Shown in pieces: positions 1 to 7,809 of a stretch of 34,149 bases of DNA. The translations under genes were made by a program, and so were the position numbers. The DNA is taken from positions 1 to 34,149 of the forward strand of contig JBHIAD010000002.1 in NCBI GenBank assembly GCA_046758405.1, given 5' to 3'. Source of the DNA: Candidatus Methylomirabilales bacterium. GTDB lineage: Bacteria > Methylomirabilota > Methylomirabilia > Methylomirabilales > CSP1-5. Positions within the stretch are counted from its first letter, which is position 1. Each line of letters starts with the position of its first letter. Under the pieces are notes generated by a model. That model had not been told where the DNA came from. It did not search any database and was given only the letters and a program-made list of their open reading frames with translations.

Positions 1-293
1 CCCGCCGAACTACCTTGATCTCCTCCAGCTCCGCCTAGGACACCAGCCCCTTCCGCACCAGGACGCGCATCAGAGCCTCCTGCTCTGAGAGGCAGGCGTG
101 GGGAGTTCCTCGAAGCTCAACATTTGCCTCGGATCGAGTTTCTCGCTCACGCTCAGCTCCATTCAATAAGGAGTCGGCTCCGTGAGGCCGCCGGCCTCGG
201 GCGGCTGCGGCTCTTCCATGACCTCATCCTCAACTCGAAGATCGAGAAGCTGCCAGCCTCAAGCCTTGTGCAGCAAGGCACGGTGTGGTGGTT

Positions 294-309
294 TGGCATT
301 AGAGTTGCA
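294..309 (+). promoter_or_regulatory. sigma-54 (-24/-12) promoter candidate
   Basis: TGGCAT-N5-TTGCA (tggcattagagttgca). GG-to-GC spacing matches the consensus TGGCACG-N4-TTGCW. The C of GC lies 46 nt upstream of ATG 354, same orientation. Confidence 0.55.
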
Positions 310-353
310 TAATTCCAAGCGTGCCGACAACCCCCTACGGGAGGAGAGCATTA

Positions 354-581
354 ATGGACCCACTGACACTCTTTCGCACAATCGTCTTCGTTGGAGCCCT
401 CACCTGTACCTTGTTCGGGCTCCTGTTCCTTGTCAGCCCTGACTCCGTTCGCAGGCTGAGCCAAGTGGCCAATCACTCGATCCTCACCTTGGATACCGTT
501 ATCGGGAAGCGGCCTCGCCTGAGCGGGAGCGTCCTGCTCTTGTTGGGGGCCACCGTCTGCTTGATTCTCGTCGCATTCTAG
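354..581 (+). CDS. small hypothetical membrane protein (two hydrophobic segments)
   Basis: ATG 354 is preceded by GGGAGGAGAG (SD) with about 5 nt spacing. Product MDPLTLFRTIVFVGALTCTLFGLLFLV...LLLLGATVCLILVAF has two TM-like stretches. The ORF track begins at GTG 321. Confidence 0.5.
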   Translation: MDPLTLFRTIVFVGALTCTLFGLLFLVSPDSVRRLSQVANHSILTLDTVIGKRPRLSGSVLLLLGATVCLILVAF

Positions 582-730
582 GCGCCGAGGGCCCTGAGCC
601 TGGTTGACGTCTCGGTTCTTTCGGTGGTCTTCCCGCTCGAAACCTTCATGGCATGCCTCCACTCCCCCACAGGCCCGTCACGCCTCTCTCACCTCCCCCT
701 GGAGCCTTAGGAACAGGTCGAGGATCAGGG

Positions 731-1384
731 TCATTGACGTCCGCGAAGCTTGACAGCAGTCCCGCTCTGGCCACAGATACTCTGGAGCAATGAGGGGATC
801 CCAGTGGCGGTGAACTCTTCCACGTTAACCTCGGTATCGCTGAAGACGAGCACCCGGCGCCCGATACCGATCTGGCCTTGGTGGCGCACCCCCTCGAGTG
901 TGAGCGCCTCGGGTGGATCGAGCTCAGCGAATGCGCCCGCGAGGCGCGTGCCTGCACAGGCCAGCTGCTGTGTGAAGCTTCTATCCGGGTTCACCACATA
1001 GGTCAGATTGCAGCTGAACTGGTTTTGCCTCACCGGGCTACTGCCGGGGCTTCCCACGTTATCGATGACGAGGAGGCTGCGGGCGGTCGCGCTCCCCGTC
1101 CCGTCCCCGTTGTAACGGAAGATCCCTTGGGTAACCCTGGTATTGCGACCGGCGAAACCGCGCAGCCGCAGTCTGGGGGGAGGTTCGAACAGATCCCCAC
1201 CACCCGGGACATTCGCTAGGCTTCCTTGGACACAGACTTTTGTAAGGGTAAAGGCGTAGTCGCCACGCAGGAGCGCGTTAAGGTTCTTGGGCTCCTGCGC
1301 CTCCACGCTGCTACCACCCCCCAAGGAAAGCGTAACGAGGACCAGTACGGTCATTGTGAAGCACCGCAGGATAACGCGTTGCAT
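731..1384 (-). CDS. secreted hypothetical protein (N-terminal signal peptide)
   Basis: ATG 1384 is preceded by GAGAGGAGG with 7 nt spacing. MQRVILRCFTMTVLVLVTLSLGGGSSVEAQ looks like a Sec signal peptide. No family recognised. The ORF track gives 1423 as the most upstream start. Confidence 0.7.
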   Translation of the reverse strand: MQRVILRCFTMTVLVLVTLSLGGGSSVEAQEPKNLNALLRGDYAFTLTKVCVQGSLANVPGGGDLFEPPPRLRLRGFAGRNTRVTQGIFRYNGDGTGSATARSLLVIDNVGSPGSSPVRQNQFSCNLTYVVNPDRSFTQQLACAGTRLAGAFAELDPPEALTLEGVRHQGQIGIGRRVLVFSDTEVNVEEFTATGIPSLLQSICGQSGTAVKLRGRQ

Positions 1385-1672
1385 TCCGGACCTCCTCTCT
1401 CGGCAGGGAGTTGTTTCTTCCATTCACTCGTTTTGGTCAGGTGTGAGTGGATTCGGATCGTCTCAATACAATCAAGGGCCACCACCTCCTTCCACACCGT
1501 TGGGCAAGATGCCGGCAAGCTTGAGGATTACACGTGAGGACATTTTCCATCCCTACGTCTCCTAAAGGGGCTTTCAGCATGTCCTCCGACGCGGGTCGTG
1601 TCAACGAGAGACTGCGCCATCTCATGGCTACCTACCCGGTCCTGAGGAATCCCCCAAGCTGATCCGGAAACG

Positions 1673-1688
1673 TGGCACCGATGATGCA
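1673..1688 (+). promoter_or_regulatory. sigma-54 (-24/-12) promoter candidate
   Basis: TGGCAC-N5-ATGCA (tggcaccgatgatgca). The C of GC lies 32 nt upstream of ATG 1719, and a GAGGAG SD lies between them. Confidence 0.55.
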
Positions 1689-1718
1689 TAAGACTCCAAC
1701 ACCAGCACTGAGGAGATC

Positions 1719-2393
1719 ATGACCCCGCAGCATCTCAGCAAGCGCCGCTTCCCCCGTTTCCCCATTCAGCTGCCCGTCCTCTTCCGGCGGCAGGGCGAGG
1801 GCGATGGGCCGCGCGCAGGCCTCGGCCGCAGCCGGGACTTGAGCGAGGGCGGGCTCTGCCTGGAGTTCGACTACGCCTATCCGCCCGGGACCACCTTGGC
1901 CCTCGCCATCCGGGGCGCTGGAACGAGCATCGAGGCGGCCGCGCGGGTGGTCTGGACCGGGGTAGCCTCCCCCTCCGGGGCGATCCCCCACGGAATGCAG
2001 TTCGTCCACCTCGCCCCCGAGCAGTACGACGCCCTCCGGCAACTCTTCCCGCGCAGCGGTGCAATCCGCCGGGGAGCGGTCCGGGTGCCGGTGGAACTCG
2101 CCGTCTGGTGTCAGCCCTGCGATGGCGACGAACCCCCGCTGATGGGTCGGACCGTGGACCTGAGCCGGACCGGGGCCCAGGTGGTTCTCGACCGGGCCCT
2201 GCCGATCCGGAGCGAGGTCGAGCTCAGCCTCGCCATCCCGCATGGCGACATCCAGCAGCGTGCCCAGGTCCAATGGGTCCAACCGAGTGAAGCCGGGGGC
2301 GTTCACCACGGCCTGCACTTTCTTGAGCCGAACTGGGATGCTGAGACGTTTCTCGCTCCTTTGCTGCCCGATCACCCCCCCGCGCCTCCCTAA
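1719..2393 (+). CDS. tandem PilZ-domain protein (two PilZ domains)
   Basis: Two RxxxR...DxSxxG motif pairs: RRFPR...DLSEGG and RGAVR...DLSRTG. Very high third-position G+C. Paralog of 30263-30952 and 3599-4270. Confidence 0.85.
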   Translation: MTPQHLSKRRFPRFPIQLPVLFRRQGEGDGPRAGLGRSRDLSEGGLCLEFDYAYPPGTTLALAIRGAGTSIEAAARVVWTGVASPSGAIPHGMQFVHLAPEQYDALRQLFPRSGAIRRGAVRVPVELAVWCQPCDGDEPPLMGRTVDLSRTGAQVVLDRALPIRSEVELSLAIPHGDIQQRAQVQWVQPSEAGGVHHGLHFLEPNWDAETFLAPLLPDHPPAPP

Positions 2394-2663
2394 CCTGGTT
2401 GCCACAGCGGCATAGGTCCGGGTCGCGCCGACGCGTCGGCCTGCCCACCCGCTTTGCGATCGCGCAGGCCTGCCCATCTGCCGCTCTGTGACGATCACGC
2501 GGGGCGCTCAGGGTCGTTCCCGGATACGCCGGTCAAGAGTTACCTGTACGCCCGGGAGGTCGCAGGGGATGGCGGCTACCTCCGCCTGGAGGTCTGCAAA
2601 GCGACGAGCAAGGACGCAGGACGTGCGACGTCTATCGCTTGGCGCTTCAGTCATCCTTGACTC

Positions 2664-3023
2664 CTACCTTCCGTCTTTCAGCGACTCAAGGTATCCATCC
2701 AGCAGCCGCTGGGTTGCTTCGGAAAGATACAAGAACTGCAGCCCCGTCCGGTAGATCAGCTGGCGCTTCTCAGGTGCCCTCGTCTCCGGGCGGAGAACCC
2801 GCGACCAGACCACCCGGCAGGTCAGGCTTAGGTCGCGGCCGGGTATCAACAGGATCAGCGTCGCCAAGGGCCCGGGCCGGACGATATTGCCATGTTCGAT
2901 TTGGGCCCCCGCTGGGCCAAGATCAATGAGCGCTGCGGTCTCGATATCGTCGATCCGCCCCGTAAGTCGCCCGGCGACAACCCAGCGCGGATGCTGGCGG
3001 CGCTCTTGCTGTGGCTGCTCCAC
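2664..3023 (-). CDS. single PilZ-domain protein (second motif degenerate: DLGPAG)
   Basis: RQHPR (RxxxR) followed by DLGPAGAQI. Clear paralog of 12501-12878. GTG start. Confidence 0.8.
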   Translation of the reverse strand: MEQPQQERRQHPRWVVAGRLTGRIDDIETAALIDLGPAGAQIEHGNIVRPGPLATLILLIPGRDLSLTCRVVWSRVLRPETRAPEKRQLIYRTGLQFLYLSEATQRLLDGYLESLKDGR

Positions 3024-3095
3024 GTGCAGGACTCCCCGCGGGGGGCTCTTATCCGGCTTCTAGGCTCGGTCAGGTCTCCTCTGCTTCGAGGAAGA

Positions 3096-3111
3096 GGCAA
3101 AGAAGATGCCA
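3096..3111 (-). promoter_or_regulatory. sigma-54 (-24/-12) promoter candidate
   Basis: The minus strand reads TGGCAT-N5-TTGCC (tggcatcttctttgcc). It lies 72 nt upstream of GTG 3023. Confidence 0.55.
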
Positions 3112-3220
3112 GTCGCGGTTTGGGGGGAAAGATCCCTCGAAGTTGCCTTCTAATACCAGCTTTTCGGGTGACTGAGGGCACGGAGAGAGCACGGCGAGGG
3201 GAGCGGAGTCTGTTTTCAGA

Positions 3221-3249
3221 ATGAAACCAGATGTTTCATCTTGTTTCAT
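3221..3249. repeat. AT-rich palindrome/repeat ATGAAAC-N5-GTTTCAT-N3-GTTTCAT
   Basis: A perfect 7-bp inverted repeat (3221-3227 / 3233-3239) plus a third GTTTCAT at 3243-3249. It sits in the only AT-rich patch of the 575-nt divergent intergenic region, 110 nt upstream of the minus-strand sigma-54 promoter. Confidence 0.6.
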
Positions 3250-3421
3250 TTTGGTGAGTTCCTCGCCCGCAGGTCCCAGGGGGTGCTGAATGCCGCCCCC
3301 GCTCCTCGTACCACCGCAGGCCCGCGTCACGGCGCTTCAGCTCGACCCGCGGCTGCCGATTCAGGCAGGACTTGTCGTCCGGGCACTGGGAGGTCCGGCC
3401 TCGGGAGCAGAACGGCTTCAT
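3236..3421 (-). CDS. possible small Cys-rich protein (61 aa), unassigned
   Basis: MKPFCSRGRTSQCPDDKSCLNRQPRVELKRRDAGLRWYEERG... The first ~43 codons end almost exclusively in G/C, like the real genes here. The SD is weak and no family is recognised. Confidence 0.3.
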   Translation of the reverse strand: MKPFCSRGRTSQCPDDKSCLNRQPRVELKRRDAGLRWYEERGRHSAPPGTCGRGTHQNETR

Positions 3422-3568
3422 CAGCTACTACCAGGTGCGGTCACCTCACCCATAATCAGCGCTCTGCTCTCTCTCCGCCTGTTAGAGCTCCAGGAACAGC
3501 TCTTGGTCCTTCGTATTCGATGACCCGGTCATGACCTGGGTGGAGCCTCGCGAGAGGAGATGGAGCGG

Positions 3569-3584
3569 TGGCATTAACGTTGCA
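3569..3584 (+). promoter_or_regulatory. sigma-54 (-24/-12) promoter candidate
   Basis: TGGCAT-N5-TTGCA (tggcattaacgttgca). The C of GC is only 16 nt upstream of ATG 3599, which implies a near-leaderless mRNA. Confidence 0.5.
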
Positions 3585-3598
3585 TAGCAAGGGCGCCT

Positions 3599-4270
3599 AT
3601 GCAACAACGCCTCCCTCGACGCGCGATCCGAGTCCCGGTGATCTACAAGCGGCTCGACTTAGAGGAGCCCGCGCTCGTCATGGATATCGGCCAGACCGAG
3701 GACCTGAGCGAGGGCGGGGCCTGCCTCAAGCTTCAGAGTCAACTCCCGGTGTCCTGCCGGGTGGGCCTCGTTTTGTTCACCACCCCGCGGGCGGTCGATG
3801 TCGAGGCGCGCGTGATCTGGACCAGAGGGCGCGACAAATCCTTCCACCACGGCGTGGAATTCCTCCAGATGGGCCCTACTCATTTCACATCCTTATTGGA
3901 GGCTTTGGCCCAGGAGAAATCCCTGCGCCAGCAGGCCCTCCGCCTCCCCATCCGGATGCCCGTCCTCTGTCGGGTGGTGGGTGCGAGCGGCCCTTCTCTG
4001 GAGGGGTGGACGCGGGATCTCAGCCGCACCGGGGTCCTGCTGCGGCTGCCCCGGCAGCTCCCGACCAACGCCGAGGTGGAGATCACGCTGAAGACGCGTC
4101 GGGAAGAACAATTTCGCGGTCGGGTCCGCTGGGTGGGTACCGCTCGGGAGGGCTCTCAACCAATCCGCCACGGCATTGAATTCCTCCAAGCGCCGCTCGC
4201 CCCCGAGCGGTTCATGCGCCTGTTCTTTGGAGCGCCCGACGAGAGAGGGCGCGGGGAAGTGGCTCCCTAG
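3599..4270 (+). CDS. tandem PilZ-domain protein
   Basis: RRAIR...DLSEGG and RLPIR...DLSRTG motif pairs. Same two-domain layout as 1719-2393. Confidence 0.85.
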   Translation: MQQRLPRRAIRVPVIYKRLDLEEPALVMDIGQTEDLSEGGACLKLQSQLPVSCRVGLVLFTTPRAVDVEARVIWTRGRDKSFHHGVEFLQMGPTHFTSLLEALAQEKSLRQQALRLPIRMPVLCRVVGASGPSLEGWTRDLSRTGVLLRLPRQLPTNAEVEITLKTRREEQFRGRVRWVGTAREGSQPIRHGIEFLQAPLAPERFMRLFFGAPDERGRGEVAP

Positions 4271-4632
4271 AGATCACACCCAGTGAGGAAGCATCTGTCG
4301 CCGTCCCACTTCACCCGATTTCGGTGTTGGACGCGGGCGTGCAGGCTGTCTTGCAAGCTTCGCCTCCTCTTACCGCACCGTCTTGATCTCCGCCAGCACC
4401 ACTCAATCCTGGAGGCGTCCCTCGGCTTCGGCGCCCAGAGGGCTCCCCAGGCGGGGGGCCACCAGCGGACCCCTCCACCCCTCCGACAAAGACCTTTTCC
4501 TCGGTACTGACCCCCTTCCTGTCCGGAGTACGGCCTCCCCCCGACGAAGCGTGCGCAAAAACCACATCCTGGGTAATCGCCAACCGTCCCCCATCCGGCA
4601 TTGTACACCTTATTTTTCAACTAGTTACATGA

Positions 4633-4648
4633 TGGAACAAAGGTTGCA
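4633..4648 (+). promoter_or_regulatory. sigma-54 (-24/-12) promoter candidate
   Basis: TGGAAC-N5-TTGCA (tggaacaaaggttgca). It lies 51 nt upstream of GTG 4698, which has a GGGAGG SD at 8 nt. Confidence 0.5.
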
Positions 4649-4697
4649 CTAGTGCCAGGACCCATGGCTGAACTTCCCTCACCTGGGAGGAAATTAC

Positions 4698-6272
4698 GTG
4701 CTTATTCCCCGTAGAGAAGGGAGAAGGGCCGGCCGAGACGGATGGTTCCTCGTCCGCCTTGTCCCATTAGGGAGCCGCGCTTCCGATTTCGCCATCAGCA
4801 TCTGGCGGCGGTCGATGCCAAGGCGGTTTCCGATTGCGTACAAGCTGGCCCTCGCCATCACCACGCTGATCACCATCAGTATGGCTTCGCTTGGGGTGGT
4901 TATTGTGAATAAGCAGATGCAGCTCTTGCGGAAACAGACCGACACCTTCAGCCGCACCATCGTGAAGCAGATGGCCGAATCCGCCAAGGAGCTGATGCTC
5001 GCGAATGACAGGCTGGGCCTGAAAGTCCTTACCAGCAATCTGGTCTCTGATGAGAGCGTCCTTGGTACGGCGATCTTTTCCACGGATGGGAAAATCCTTG
5101 CGCAATCCGGTGTCACGCCATTCAACGACGCAACAGCCGCACGCGAGCAACTCACCGACATCCTCGATCTGCAGCCAAGCCAAGTCCTGGAATGGCAGTG
5201 GCGCGAGTCTCCGGCCACAAGTCCTAACGTGGTCTCCTTCGTCAGCCCTATGCGCTTCCAAAACATGGTGGTCGGGTACGTCTTGATCACATCCAACCGC
5301 TCCTTCATCGATCAATCCGTGCGCCACTCCCTGAGTCGGATCACTCTCGCCACCGTATTCATGATACTCCTCGCCGTCTTGATGTCCTTTCTGCTAGCCA
5401 AGCGCTTATCGAGGCCCATTCACCGCCTTGTCGAGGCGAGCCGGGCAATTGGCAAGGGGGATTTCGATTACCGGATCACAGAACGGCGTACCGACGAGAT
5501 CGGCTACTTAATGGCAGCCTTCAATTCCATGGCGGAAGGGCTCTTGCAAAAAACCAAGGTCGAGAGTGTCTTTTCCCGGTTTGTCTCCACAGAGGTCGCC
5601 AAACAGATCCTGTCGGACTTAAGTCACGTCGAACTGGGCGGGAAACCTGCGGAAGGGAGCGTGCTCTTCGCCGACATTGTCGAATTCACCAGCATGGCCG
5701 ATCGCATGTCACCGCGCGCGATCGCCGAGCTACTCAATGAGTACTTCTCCTACATCTGCCAGGCCAGTGCCCTCTGCCGCGGAACCATCGACAAGTACAT
5801 CGGTGATTGCGTCATGATCGTATTTGGGGTCCACCAAGAGGATGAAGACCATTGTTTCCAGGCCATTGCCTGTGCAGTACTCATTCAACGGATCGTTACT
5901 ATCTTGAATGCCCGCAGAGTCCTGCAGGGATCGTTTCAGGTGAACTTCCGGATGGGATTGAACACCGGGGAAATGATTGCCGGAACGATGGGGTCAGAAA
6001 GTCGGATGCAGTACACCGTGGTCGGTGACTCCGTGAACCTCGCCTCCCGCCTGTGCTCCCTGGCAGGGCCTGGAGAGATCGTGATCAGCCAAGAGATGTA
6101 CACACATCCGACAGTCCAGCCGAGGATCGTGGCCCGCAAGCACCAGGTCGCACATGTTAAAGGCAAACGGGAGCGGGTTACCACCTATCTGGTTCAAGAC
6201 GTCGCTTCCCCCGATCGCCATATCATGGATAAGCACGTGGAGATGATCTTGGCGGAGAAGGTGATCGCATGA
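4698..6272 (+). CDS. membrane-bound class III nucleotidyl (probably adenylate) cyclase: 2 TM + periplasmic sensor region + HAMP + cyclase domain
   Basis: Cyclase motifs VLFADIVEFT, DKYIGDCVMIVFG and VVGDSVNLASRL, with the metal Asp residues and the Asn/Arg pair present. Lys (DKYIGD) plus Thr (QYTVVGD) sit at the base-specifying positions, which suggests ATP. There is a HAMP-like segment after the second TM. An alternative start is ATG 4815. Confidence 0.9.
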   Translation: MLIPRREGRRAGRDGWFLVRLVPLGSRASDFAISIWRRSMPRRFPIAYKLALAITTLITISMASLGVVIVNKQMQLLRKQTDTFSRTIVKQMAESAKELMLANDRLGLKVLTSNLVSDESVLGTAIFSTDGKILAQSGVTPFNDATAAREQLTDILDLQPSQVLEWQWRESPATSPNVVSFVSPMRFQNMVVGYVLITSNRSFIDQSVRHSLSRITLATVFMILLAVLMSFLLAKRLSRPIHRLVEASRAIGKGDFDYRITERRTDEIGYLMAAFNSMAEGLLQKTKVESVFSRFVSTEVAKQILSDLSHVELGGKPAEGSVLFADIVEFTSMADRMSPRAIAELLNEYFSYICQASALCRGTIDKYIGDCVMIVFGVHQEDEDHCFQAIACAVLIQRIVTILNARRVLQGSFQVNFRMGLNTGEMIAGTMGSESRMQYTVVGDSVNLASRLCSLAGPGEIVISQEMYTHPTVQPRIVARKHQVAHVKGKRERVTTYLVQDVASPDRHIMDKHVEMILAEKVIA

Positions 6273-7351
6273 AACGCCTATCCCTGCTGGCTTGCGTACT
6301 CCTTGTTTCTCTGCACATCGCCAGCTGCGCGAACACGCTCATCCTCCGAGGGCCGACCTTGCAGCAGGTGGAGCATCTGGTTGCTGCAGAGGAATATGAG
6401 ATCGCCCTTGACCTGCTCCGCAGTACACCGAAGCGCCACCCGGACTACCAGGCCTTGCGGACAAAACTTCGAGAGGTGGAGAAGCTCGCCGGAGAATACG
6501 CGCGAAGGATCCTCAGGAACATACGCAAACACCTGAAAGCCGGAAACTGGTCCGACGCCTTTCGACATCTCTACATCGGCCTCGCCAGGATTCCGTCCAG
6601 CCCGACGCTACAAGAGGCCCACGACGAGTTGCTCAGATCACAAGCCCGGCGAATCCAAGAGCTCAACACCGAGATCCTCATCGTAAGAGGCAAATGGCTG
6701 AGCGAGGAGGCTCCACTCCGCGAAGAGCTTTCCCGTGTCGATCTGGATAGCTACATTGCAAAATGGGACCTGCGGCGAACCCGGAACGCGCGCAAAGACG
6801 CCTCGGACCGGCTCCTCGCCTGCGGCCTACGGGCGATAAGCGACAAGAACTTTGATCTGGCGAAAAGGTGCCTGACCGTGGCGAGCCGTTTGGACCAATC
6901 GGAGGCAGTCGAACACGCTCTCACAGGCCTGCAAGGGCAGAGGGCAAAATACGAAGAAAAAGCGCGCCGGCAAAGACAGCGCACACAGCGAAAGAAGTTC
7001 CGTCGCACATCAAAGGGACTTATCGCCCGGGTGGAAGTGGCAATGGATCAAGGGAACTTCGCGCTGGCGCGAGAGGCCATGGGTATGCTCATGGAACTCG
7101 ACCCCAGGGATCCCGAAGTCCAACGACTACACCGGCAGCTCAATACCGCGGTCTCAACCAGAGTGGCCACCCTCCTCGAGCGCGGCAGTGTCCTGTACCG
7201 AGCCGAACGCATTGCCAAGGCAAAGGAGATCTGGGAAGAAGCCCTCCGGCTGGATCCGACGAATAAACAGGCCCAATCCTATGTGGAGCGGGCCAAGCGT
7301 GTGTTGGAAAAGCTGCGTGAATTGAAGGAGCAAGGTCCTAGGCTGGAATAG
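6269..7351 (+). CDS. lipoprotein with TPR-like/coiled-coil helical repeats
   Basis: MKRLSLLACVLLVSLHIASC carries a lipobox (IASC). The ATG overlaps the cyclase stop (GCATGA), indicating translational coupling. Confidence 0.8.
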   Translation: MKRLSLLACVLLVSLHIASCANTLILRGPTLQQVEHLVAAEEYEIALDLLRSTPKRHPDYQALRTKLREVEKLAGEYARRILRNIRKHLKAGNWSDAFRHLYIGLARIPSSPTLQEAHDELLRSQARRIQELNTEILIVRGKWLSEEAPLREELSRVDLDSYIAKWDLRRTRNARKDASDRLLACGLRAISDKNFDLAKRCLTVASRLDQSEAVEHALTGLQGQRAKYEEKARRQRQRTQRKKFRRTSKGLIARVEVAMDQGNFALAREAMGMLMELDPRDPEVQRLHRQLNTAVSTRVATLLERGSVLYRAERIAKAKEIWEEALRLDPTNKQAQSYVERAKRVLEKLRELKEQGPRLE

Positions 7352-7554
7352 CAAAGGCGAATCTCACGACTTCCCCTGCGGGACATTCCGATACCCTTTC
7401 ACAGCGGCAATCACTCCGTAAGGCAGCGCGGTGAGGTCTGCGCTCCCCTCCTTACCACAGGGCGCAAGGGGCGGAATACAGATGACTCATGGCAGACCAC
7501 CAGGCGGAGCCAGCTCTTCTCGGACCTCACCCCCTAGAGGCCCGCAGAGAGTCC

Positions 7555-7570
7555 TGGCACGGCAAATGCA
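7555..7570 (+). promoter_or_regulatory. sigma-54 (-24/-12) promoter candidate
   Basis: TGGCACG-N4-ATGCA (tggcacggcaaatgca). It lies about 240 nt upstream of GTG 7810, a long leader. Confidence 0.45.
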
Positions 7571-7809
7571 AAAACCCGCCCCGGAGCGCGAAAACCGAAG
7601 AGAACACCGGAGGGGACTGTGAGGAAGGCCGACCACGCATGTCCCCGCTGGGGTTCTGTATCCGCCTTGACTCTTGCCGGGCACGCGTGTGCCACGACCA
7701 TCCTTCGGCCAAAACCTATCACAAACTCCAGGGGGCCAGCCCCTGGTAACGTCGCCGGGAGAGGGGGAAGGACATGTTCCTGAGCCATCGGCGCTAAGAG
7801 GATTGGATT

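Noticed and set aside
1-320. Possible partial gene at the window edge (minus-strand ...EALMRVLVRKGLVS*AELEEIKVV, faintly like a GspE/MshE N-terminal motif; plus-strand 62-aa TTG ORF 124-312)
   Set aside because: The minus frame is interrupted by a TAG and is very short. The plus ORF has no SD or motif. The similarity is too weak to support anything.
1467-1481. Sigma-54-like sequence TGGCCCttgatTGTA (minus strand) upstream of secreted-protein gene 731-1384
   Set aside because: The -12 element is TTGT instead of TTGC, and the spacing is one nt short. It is not counted among the sigma-54 candidates.
1632-2498. 288-aa minus-strand ORF antisense to tandem-PilZ gene 1719-2393
   Set aside because: It is a shadow ORF typical of high-G+C DNA. 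The product is Arg/Gly/Pro-rich and low-complexity with no recognisable motif, and the plus-strand PilZ frame has the motif and codon-bias support. The same reasoning applies to 30311-30994 (minus).
3070-3330. 86-aa minus-strand ORF (internal ATG would give MKQDETSGFILKTDS...)
   Set aside because: It overlaps the sigma-54 promoter candidate 3096-3111 and the AT-rich repeat. Codon bias is only moderate and no family is recognised. It might be joined to ORF 3236-3421 by a frameshift, but I cannot support that.
4267-4620. Minus-strand ORFs (117 aa and 96 aa) in the 430-nt gap between PilZ 3599-4270 and the cyclase
   Set aside because: The products are Gly/Arg/Pro-rich and low-complexity with mediocre codon bias and no recognisable family. 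There is a possible weak SD for the 96-aa frame only. The evidence is not enough to call a gene.
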